Shown in pieces: positions 1 through 6,249 of a DNA stretch of 31,054 bases (the first letter of the stretch is position 1; each line of letters starts with the position of its first letter). The stretch lies in IMG/VR virus record IMGVR_UViG_2820651690_000008, positions 1-31,054 of that record; one strand, 5' to 3'. The notes under the pieces are model-generated. The model did no database searches and was not told the origin of the DNA. It worked only from the letters and a program-made list of their open reading frames with translations. The DNA is from a virus. Made by a program: the position numbers and the translations under genes.

Positions 1-38
1 AACAAAAACTTTAAAGAGAAGGGGCATGAGAAAGGATA

Positions 39-230
39 ATGAGAAAAAAAAGGAATGTTTTGGTAGAAATTAATTATGCACCGGAACCTCGTTGTGATCG
101 GCATTTTTGTGAATGCTCGGGTTTTCGGACAGACCCGTTCTATTGCAAAAAGCGAGAAGATAAAATAATAGAGCATAATAGAATCGAAGCTGAAAAACTA
201 GAGGAATATTATCTAAAATATTATTATTGA
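39..230 (+). CDS. small hypothetical protein with Cys/His cluster (CDRHFCEC)
   Basis: ORF with ATG start; Cys/His motif in translation; no recognisable family. Confidence 0.35.
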   Translation: MRKKRNVLVEINYAPEPRCDRHFCECSGFRTDPFYCKKREDKIIEHNRIEAEKLEEYYLKYYY

Positions 231-244
231 AAGGAGCTTTAAAA

Positions 245-571
245 ATGACTATTAAACAAGCGATAGATCAATTAGCAATTGAAAAAAAATATATAGAAAA
301 AGTTCTGCCAGAGAAGGCAAAAGAAGGCGATGTAACACAGCTTTGTTTATTTGTTGAGGCAGTAAATGCTTTAGCGAATAAATTGGTAAAAGGAACAAAC
401 ATTATAAATAAGGGCTTAAATAAATACGAATGTCAAAACTGTAAGTATATAATTCATTCTAATATGATTCGGCAAGTAGCTGATGAGGAATATAGTTTTA
501 TAGCAAAATATTGTTCTGGTTGTGGGAGCAAGATTGCTAGTATTGATGAAATCAGAAGGAGTGAGGCATAA
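245..571 (+). CDS. zinc-ribbon protein (CxxC...CxxC)
   Basis: ATG at 245 preceded by AAAGGAG RBS; two CxxC pairs in C-terminal half (CQNC, CSGC). Confidence 0.5.
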   Translation: MTIKQAIDQLAIEKKYIEKVLPEKAKEGDVTQLCLFVEAVNALANKLVKGTNIINKGLNKYECQNCKYIIHSNMIRQVADEEYSFIAKYCSGCGSKIASIDEIRRSEA

Positions 572-769
572 TTGACAAATTTTGAAACATGGAAGGATGG
601 ATTAAAAATTGAAGATTTAGAAATAAAAGATTGTGGTTATAATACATGTGGAAATATAGGGTTAGATTGTGAAATATGTCCAGCGAATCATTGTTGTGGA
701 ACGTCAAGCGGAATGACTTGCAAACATTATTTCTTAACATGGGCAAATAGGGAATATTTGGATGTTTAA
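572..769 (+). CDS. Cys-rich small protein (8 Cys within ~35 aa)
   Basis: TTG start with strong RBS AGGAGTGAGG; dense Cys pattern CGYNTCGNIGLDCEICPANHCCGTSSGMTC. Confidence 0.4.
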   Translation: MTNFETWKDGLKIEDLEIKDCGYNTCGNIGLDCEICPANHCCGTSSGMTCKHYFLTWANREYLDV

Positions 770-959
770 TAAGGGAGAGCAAGTGCACAGCATTTATGCC
801 GATGTTTACAAATTCCATCGAGATAATTATATGCAATCGGATTTTAGTTTAATACATCAAAATATGGTTGAGGTTAGTTTAAGGCATAAAGAATGCCCGC
901 TTGTCAGGCAATTACTTATGGCGGCTGTTGACCATATACGAGACAGAGTAGAGAGGTAA
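762..959 (+). CDS. hypothetical protein
   Basis: ORF overlapping the upstream stop; ATG start. Confidence 0.4.
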   Translation: MFNKGEQVHSIYADVYKFHRDNYMQSDFSLIHQNMVEVSLRHKECPLVRQLLMAAVDHIRDRVER

Positions 960-963
960 AAAA

Positions 964-1260
964 ATGACTGATAATACAATATATAGATGCAAAAAGTGCT
1001 ATAATTATGATTTTTATTCGGAATTTCGGTGGTCGGATGGAAATCATTTATGCCGCAATTGTTACAAACAAAAATGGGAAAGAGAAAACAATAAAACTCA
1101 TCAGTGGACTGATTTAAATACTCCATTAGTGCCCAGATGCACCAATTGTAAATATTTTGTTGATACTAAAGGTGAATATCAACGTTACTGTTGTTTAGAC
1201 GCTATAGATATTAGCGATGAAAGTAAATATTTTTGTTGTGATTGTTGGTCATCTTTATAG
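964..1260 (+). CDS. Cys-rich zinc-finger protein
   Basis: RBS GAGAGGTAAAAAA-ATG; multiple CxxC pairs (CKKC, CRNC, CTNC, CCDC). Confidence 0.5.
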   Translation: MTDNTIYRCKKCYNYDFYSEFRWSDGNHLCRNCYKQKWERENNKTHQWTDLNTPLVPRCTNCKYFVDTKGEYQRYCCLDAIDISDESKYFCCDCWSSL

Positions 1261-1282
1261 CCGCTGAAAAATGCGGCTTTTT
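1260..1282 (+). terminator. rho-independent terminator
   Basis: GCCGC-tgaaaaat-GCGGC hairpin followed by TTTTT. Confidence 0.55.
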
Positions 1283-1293
1283 AAAAAAATAAA

Positions 1294-1322
1294 TTGCTAA
1301 CAAATAGCGAATATGCTATAAT
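1294..1322 (+). promoter_or_regulatory. sigma-A type promoter with extended -10 (TTGCTA-17-TGcTATAAT)
   Basis: -35 TTGCTA at 1294-1299, 17-nt spacer, TG at 1314-1315, TATAAT at 1317-1322; sits upstream of the AbrB-like gene. Confidence 0.5.
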
Positions 1323-1351
1323 AAGCTAAAATAATTAAAAGGAGTTTCAAT

Positions 1352-1570
1352 GTGGATAAAGAAATAAAATTTTTAAGAGAAGATGTAAAAAAAATCATGG
1401 GTGCTGTGCGTAATATTGATCATTTAGGCAGAATCGTCTTATTCAAAGAAATGAGAGATGCCATGGATTTGCAAAATGGCGAGGCTGTTGAGATGATTCC
1501 TTTGGAATTAGAAAATTATGGCGAAGGAATTTTTATACGAAAATATAGGCTGGGGAAACTGAGTAAATGA
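1352..1570 (+). CDS. AbrB/SpoVT (swapped-hairpin) family transcriptional regulator
   Basis: GTG start with AAAGGAG RBS (alternative ATG at 1396); motif GAVRNIDHLGRIVLFKEMRDAMDL resembles AbrB-N G-x-VR-x-VDELGRVVIP-x-ELR. Confidence 0.6.
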   Translation: MDKEIKFLREDVKKIMGAVRNIDHLGRIVLFKEMRDAMDLQNGEAVEMIPLELENYGEGIFIRKYRLGKLSK

Positions 1571-1606
1571 TTAAAATTAAGAATCTACGAAAGGAAACAC
1601 CATCAA

Positions 1607-1708
1607 ATGAATGGGAAATACGAAAAACTTAATTTGTTTTGCTGGTGCGAACCATTACAATGCCATGTAGAACCAATTAAACAGTATCTCGAAAGAGAAA
1701 CAGCTTAA
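1607..1708 (+). CDS. 33-aa Cys/His mini-protein (possible zinc ribbon)
   Basis: ATG with AAAGGA RBS; CWC...C-H pattern; below the 60-aa ORF-track cutoff. Confidence 0.25.
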   Translation: MNGKYEKLNLFCWCEPLQCHVEPIKQYLERETA

Positions 1709-1826
1709 AACAACCGCTTGTTCATGCCCTACATTCAACGTGAATTAATTTAAGGTATAAATCATTGCCTAAAATATGATTTGCTGTAGCGGGGCTAAAA
1801 TCGATGTAATATGAGGTGATGAAGAT

Positions 1827-2201
1827 TTGATAGGTGATATTATTTTATTAGGATGCAGTTTTGCGTGTTGCGTAATTGTATTCCTCAGTTTTTGGTTTGA
1901 TCGGAAGAAAAGAGGAAAATTAGTGTTAAAAGAAATGCTAAGGATGAAGAAGGAGATAAACCTGCTGGAGCATGAGGAAAAAACTATAGATTCAAAATAT
2001 ACCAATATAAAGTTTATTTGTGAAAATGAATTGAAAAAACTGGTAGATGGAGAGATTGTAGAGTTATGCACTTATGAATGCGATGCTTGCCATTGGATTT
2101 TTTTTGGCGATATGCTTCACAAATGTTTGATGGGTTATCAGACGAAAGATAATCCATATTATTGTCCGGCTTGCGGGCGTAAGATTTGTCAGATTATTTA
2201 A
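1827..2201 (+). CDS. membrane-anchored protein with C-terminal zinc ribbon
   Basis: TTG start 7 nt after GAGGTGA; N-terminal hydrophobic segment; C-terminal CxxC...CxxC (CDAC, CPAC). Confidence 0.45.
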   Translation: MIGDIILLGCSFACCVIVFLSFWFDRKKRGKLVLKEMLRMKKEINLLEHEEKTIDSKYTNIKFICENELKKLVDGEIVELCTYECDACHWIFFGDMLHKCLMGYQTKDNPYYCPACGRKICQII

Positions 2202-2223
2202 GAAAGGATGTAGTATAAATAAT

Positions 2224-2529
2224 ATGGATACTTTATTTAAGATATATATATTTTCCAATATAATCACTTTGTTAGGCATTGTGATGAAAGGTGAAGAATT
2301 TTATGATTGGCTTACAGATAGCTTAGATGATGGATTTTCATTAGGACATTTGTTGTTAATAATAATGTATATACCTATAGTGATTTTATTGGGTGGTATT
2401 ACACTATTATTTTTAGGGATTACTATAGGCTATGATTTTCTTTTTTCCATTAAATTAATGAGAAAAAAAGCCGATATAATTGAGATTAACTTGCGTGATA
2501 AATGTAATTACTGCGGAAAGGGCAAATGA
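2224..2529 (+). CDS. small integral membrane protein (2-3 TM)
   Basis: hydrophobic stretches in translation. Confidence 0.45.
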   Translation: MDTLFKIYIFSNIITLLGIVMKGEEFYDWLTDSLDDGFSLGHLLLIIMYIPIVILLGGITLLFLGITIGYDFLFSIKLMRKKADIIEINLRDKCNYCGKGK

Positions 2530-3029
2530 TGCAAATATATACAAGAAAGGAACTTGACAGGTTTGCCAAAAGTATACAAATTGTAATTGATACAAGAGAA
2601 AAAGAAATCAATCATATACTAAAATTTTATTCTAAAATGAAAATTTCGTTTGTTCGTGAAAAGCTGGATTTCGGGGATTATACTTATCGTTTGATAGAAT
2701 TACCTGAATTTGTTCCGAAAATGGTTGTCGAAAGAAAGCGAAATTTGGAAGAGTTATCCAGTAATCTGACACATGCTCGGGAACGCTTTGTAAAAGAATT
2801 TGAGCGAGCGCGAGAGCATGAAATGGTGCTTTTGGTGGAGCAAGGGAGCATTGATGCAATAATTGAGCACCGATATAGTACTAATGTGACGCCTGCTTCA
2901 TTCTTAGGTTCATTGATGGCTTTTGAGCAACGATATTGTTTAAAAACTCATTATATAAGCCCGAAGCATACAGGAAATTACATTTATAGGCTTTTTGAAA
3001 AACATTTAAGAGAAAATTTTAAAAAATAG
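2526..3029 (+). CDS. ERCC4-type (XPF/Mus81-like) nuclease
   Basis: ordered motifs IVIDTRE ... GDY ... ERKxxxE-L-SS, typical of the ERCC4 nuclease core. Confidence 0.55.
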   Translation: MMQIYTRKELDRFAKSIQIVIDTREKEINHILKFYSKMKISFVREKLDFGDYTYRLIELPEFVPKMVVERKRNLEELSSNLTHARERFVKEFERAREHEMVLLVEQGSIDAIIEHRYSTNVTPASFLGSLMAFEQRYCLKTHYISPKHTGNYIYRLFEKHLRENFKK

Positions 3030-3092
3030 GTATCAAAAAACTGCGTAGTACATATACTATACAAAAGAGAAAATATAGGAGATGATTTAAAA

Positions 3093-3371
3093 ATGTCGAA
3101 AAAAAGAAAGATTTATAGGCGACCGAATTATTTAGATTTAGAGATTTTTAAAAAGCTGGATGCAATGATTGATAAAGATGCAGACCAAGAAGAGTATTTC
3201 AAAGCAATTATGATAAGCATGACAAATATATTATCGTATGCTTTAAAAAATCGGTATAACAGGGAGTTTAGTGCACTGACATGGTCTTCAGATTGGCTGG
3301 AAATATACCAAATTTTAGACCGGACGTTGCACAAAGAAATGAAAGATTTTTTAGATTTTGTGAATATGTGA
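3093..3371 (+). CDS. hypothetical protein
   Basis: ORF with GGAG RBS. Confidence 0.45.
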   Translation: MSKKRKIYRRPNYLDLEIFKKLDAMIDKDADQEEYFKAIMISMTNILSYALKNRYNREFSALTWSSDWLEIYQILDRTLHKEMKDFLDFVNM

Positions 3372-3405
3372 ATAAATAAAAAAATCAGATAGGGGCGTAG
3401 ATTAA

Positions 3406-3783
3406 ATGGCTATGCCATATATGGACGAGATTGTTTTAATGTTTTTATTGTTATTTGTAATTAAGTCATCAATAGAAATATTAAAAAGAACAAATAAAAA
3501 GTGGAAACCTACTAAGAGGAAAATAAGTAAAGCACAAAAGAAAAAACAACGGGGGGAAGTTTATTTTATTTATGATCCAGATAACAAAAGAATAAAAATT
3601 GGCAGAAGCATAAATTCAAAAAGGCGATTAAAGCAATTTCAAACGGCAAATCCAAATTTGAAATTGTTAAAAATAATAAAAACCAATGACATGAATTCTC
3701 TTGAGAAACACTATCATGAAAAATTTAAGGAATACAGACGAGAACGAGAATGGTTTGACAATAAAATAAAAAGATGGATTTAA
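3406..3783 (+). CDS. T5orf172 (MUG113, GIY-YIG-like) domain protein
   Basis: VYFIYDPDNKRIKIGRS ... NPNLKLL ... LEKHYHEKF ... REWF matches the T5orf172 pattern (YIL-x-N-x-KIG-x-T ... LE ... H ... EWF). Confidence 0.55.
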   Translation: MAMPYMDEIVLMFLLLFVIKSSIEILKRTNKKWKPTKRKISKAQKKKQRGEVYFIYDPDNKRIKIGRSINSKRRLKQFQTANPNLKLLKIIKTNDMNSLEKHYHEKFKEYRREREWFDNKIKRWI

Positions 3784-3795
3784 ATTGAGAGGGGA

Positions 3796-4125
3796 ATGGA
3801 ATTGTTATTAATATACGGATGGGTAAATATTGTGGTAATATTAGTATATTTCATTTGTTGGAGTTTAGAAAAAGATAAATGTGATGGCTGTAAATTTGAT
3901 TGTAGTAGTTGTTGGCAGATTCATTTGATAAAATTATATTATTTCATGCGTCCGAATAAAATGACAATAGGGCATTTAATAATGTATATAATATTTTGGC
4001 CAGTTACGTCAATAATAGTATATATACATTTTGTGAAATATTTATTTACTAAAGAATTAACTGTATTAAAGAAAAATAAGATTATTGATTTACGAGACAA
4101 AACATATGCAGATAGGAAAAATTAA
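3796..4125 (+). CDS. membrane protein with Cys cluster
   Basis: two hydrophobic segments; CDGCKFDCSSC motif. Confidence 0.45.
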   Translation: MELLLIYGWVNIVVILVYFICWSLEKDKCDGCKFDCSSCWQIHLIKLYYFMRPNKMTIGHLIMYIIFWPVTSIIVYIHFVKYLFTKELTVLKKNKIIDLRDKTYADRKN

Positions 4126-4139
4126 AGGAGGCACTGCCA

Positions 4140-4496
4140 GTGAGTAATATTATAAATATATTTGAAACAAAAGATCAATTAAAAGAGCGGCTTCCTTTGA
4201 TGGATTATAGAAAAATATTCTCAAAGGAGTTCCTTGAAAATGATGTATTTGCAAAATCCGAGTTAGAACATCTTGAAAACAGTATTATATTAGGAATACT
4301 GTATGACAAAGGGAAATACGATAAAAACATTTATATGAAATATTTTGGAAGTGAAGAAGGCGTATTAACAAATTTACTATATTTAATAGCGCATATGTGC
4401 AATGGAGACGCCAAAATAATGCGGAATTTGTTATGGGATTTATCGCTAAATACTGAAGATATTTGCAATGATATTTTGCAAAATGATAGTTTGTAA
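4140..4496 (+). CDS. hypothetical protein
   Basis: GTG start after AAGGAGG RBS. Confidence 0.5.
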   Translation: MSNIINIFETKDQLKERLPLMDYRKIFSKEFLENDVFAKSELEHLENSIILGILYDKGKYDKNIYMKYFGSEEGVLTNLLYLIAHMCNGDAKIMRNLLWDLSLNTEDICNDILQNDSL

Positions 4497-4504
4497 ATAT
4501 TTAA

Positions 4505-4544
4505 AAAGCCTTGATTGTGGTTAATAGCTTTCAAGGCTTTTCAT
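4505..4544 (+). terminator. rho-independent terminator
   Basis: AAAGCCTTGA / TCAAGGCTTT 10-bp stem with a 16-nt loop, then T-rich tail. Confidence 0.5.
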
Positions 4545-4771
4545 ATCTTTTTCAATCAGTTCAATGATATATCGCTGAACTGATAATCCTTTATTATTGG
4601 CAAAATCCCGGATTTTATCTTTTTCACCTTTTTAAAAAAATTAATGAATTATATGATAACTTTGGTTGTGACGCATATGTATACATTATATATAAGGACG
4701 GCAGTACATTTGCAGCATCTGGCGCAGAAATCACTTATAGTGATGAAGACGAAGACGGCAACAAGTTAAAA

Positions 4772-4960
4772 ATGCAAAATATTGCATACGCACATTATAG
4801 TGACGCTTGGGTAGATTTTGATACACATATAGGTGATCTAGATATAGGCTTATATGGAAAAACAACTGAAGAAATATTAGAATCTGAGAATGGATTCACG
4901 GATGAAATGTACGAAAAGATGAATGAATACATAATAGAAGTAGATAAAACATTTAAATAA
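4772..4960 (+). CDS. acidic hypothetical protein with uncertain 5' end, possibly truncated or frameshifted
   Basis: the only ATG in frame is at 4772 and has no RBS; the frame stays open back to 4568 and reads protein-like. Confidence 0.3.
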   Translation: MQNIAYAHYSDAWVDFDTHIGDLDIGLYGKTTEEILESENGFTDEMYEKMNEYIIEVDKTFK

Positions 4961-5012
4961 TCCCGAGCCGGGCGGGTAGACTCGGCAGTTAGAATAAAAA
5001 GGAGAATTAAAT

Positions 5013-5240
5013 ATGAAAAAATATTATGCACTACATTTACAAGTGTTCGGCAGTTTAAGTCCGAATACAATACCAAAGAAAGCATTAAAATCATTTGATA
5101 GCATAAAAGAAAGGAACGAATACGTTAAATATAACGAGAATAAATACGGACAATTAAGCAAAGATCATGCAATAAAATTAACAGCTGAGCAAGCAAAAAA
5201 ATATAAAGAGGAGTTTATTTATAATAAAAAGGAGATGTAA
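5013..5240 (+). CDS. hypothetical protein
   Basis: AAAAAGGAG RBS then ATG. Confidence 0.5.
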   Translation: MKKYYALHLQVFGSLSPNTIPKKALKSFDSIKERNEYVKYNENKYGQLSKDHAIKLTAEQAKKYKEEFIYNKKEM

Positions 5241-5244
5241 GAAG

Positions 5245-5460
5245 ATGAATAGAGATGAAATGTTTGAGAAGTTATATGAAACATTTGAAGAGATAGAGGG
5301 TTTAAGAGAGGAAATAATTTTTTTTGAAAAACAAATTAATGAAACCCTTGAACAGATAAGATTACTAGAAAAGCAGATGTATTCTAAGACCGAGGATCTA
5401 CAATCTGAGTTTAACAAAATAAAATTGTTAAATATATTGTTGGAAGATTCTCAATCATAG
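5245..5460 (+). CDS. hypothetical coiled-coil protein
   Basis: heptad-like E/K/L-rich sequence. Confidence 0.45.
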   Translation: MNRDEMFEKLYETFEEIEGLREEIIFFEKQINETLEQIRLLEKQMYSKTEDLQSEFNKIKLLNILLEDSQS

Positions 5461-5475
5461 CAATGAATTATAATT

Positions 5476-5498
5476 AGAGCCGCAAGGCTCTTTTTTTG
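5476..5498 (+). terminator. rho-independent terminator
   Basis: AGAGCC-gcaa-GGCTCT followed by TTTTTTT. Confidence 0.6.
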
Positions 5499-5518
5499 TA
5501 GCTTCGACATATTATTCT

Positions 5519-5546
5519 TGCAAACGAATCAGAATATGATAGAATA
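5519..5546 (+). promoter_or_regulatory. promoter for the Spo0A-C/MVP cassette (TTGCAA-17-TGaTAGAAT)
   Basis: -35 TTGCAA at 5519-5524, 17-nt spacer, extended -10 TGaTAGAAT at 5539-5547. Confidence 0.4.
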
Positions 5547-5585
5547 AGCTTGAATATGAAAAAAGAAAGGATTGGTTATCCCTTA

Positions 5586-6248
5586 ATGTTGGAAAAAGAT
5601 TTAACAGCTGAAACAAAGAAAATAAAAGATTATCTAAGTAAAGTTGAATGTTGTCAACGATGCGGTTCTGGGAATGCAGGTATCATTACTGATTGGATGA
5701 GAGTCCCGAATAAAACATTTTTGATTGGAATATATCAAATTAAATGTTTAACATGTAACACTAAAAGCCCATTTTCCGATAATTTGCACTTAGCCATAGA
5801 TTCATGGAATCAATTATGGAGCGAATGCAATTATTGGGAAATAAATTATTATGGGTTTAATCCAGAAAAACAAGTACAAACGATAAATAAAGATGAACGA
5901 GTATTTGACAAAGATTTAAAACAAAAAGTTACGGACATTTTAGATGATTTAGAAATCAATCCTAAATTGCAGGGTTATCACTTCTTGCGAGAAGCAATAA
6001 TTTTGATAGTTCAGGATGTGCAGTACTTGCAAAGGATTACAAAGGTTCTATATCCAACAATTGCAAAGAATTATAATAGTACTGGCAGTAGGGTTGAAAG
6101 ATCAATAAGACATGCGATTGAGCTGGCTTATAATAATGGCAAATTAGGTAATAAAAATAAGCCTACAAACGGTGATTTTATGGCCTCTGTTGCTGAAAAA
6201 TTAAGAATGAATAATAGATTTGATTATACGAAAAAGGAGATGGTATAA
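5586..6248 (+). CDS. Lar-like zinc ribbon fused to a Spo0A C-terminal DNA-binding domain, with no receiver domain
   Basis: C-terminus ITKVLYPTIAKNYNSTGSRVERSIRHAIELAY...KPTNGDFMASVAEKLR closely matches Spo0A-C ([32 protein letters not shown]...KPTNSEFIAMVADKLR); N-terminus CxxCG...CxxC...AIDSWN matches the Lar zinc ribbon; alternative upstream starts at 5550 and 5556. Confidence 0.7.
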   Translation: MLEKDLTAETKKIKDYLSKVECCQRCGSGNAGIITDWMRVPNKTFLIGIYQIKCLTCNTKSPFSDNLHLAIDSWNQLWSECNYWEINYYGFNPEKQVQTINKDERVFDKDLKQKVTDILDDLEINPKLQGYHFLREAIILIVQDVQYLQRITKVLYPTIAKNYNSTGSRVERSIRHAIELAYNNGKLGNKNKPTNGDFMASVAEKLRMNNRFDYTKKEMV

Positions 6249-6249
6249 T

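Noticed and set aside
552-836. The minus-strand ORFs in the track (552-836, 857-1126, 1769-2071, 2064-2279, 2632-2859, 3128-3334, 4331-4534, 4795-5094, 5178-5417, 6849-7245, 7408-7590, 9476-9703, 11234-11446, 11785-11982, 12448-12807, 13155-13343, 13470-13661, 13977-14240, 18687-18959, 20008-20370, 20970-21513, 21940-22134, 22828-23025, 23266-23493, 23851-24090, 24393-24608, 25582-26052, 26570-26785, 27147-27395)
   Set aside because: Every one overlaps a well-supported + strand gene, lacks an RBS, and translates to low-complexity F/L/I/S-rich sequence typical of antisense frames in AT-rich DNA. The whole window reads as unidirectional.
4962-4985. GC-rich CCGAG...CTCGG hairpin between 4960 and 5013, as a terminator
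   Set aside because: A 5-bp stem with a 13-nt loop and no U-tract. It is too weak to call, though it is a conspicuous GC island.
6220-6249. The ATG at 6220 (ORF-track start) as the MVP start
   Set aside because: It lies inside the upstream gene with no RBS. The ATG at 6250 has an AAGGAG 10 nt upstream and aligns with the start of the MVP N-terminal repeat.
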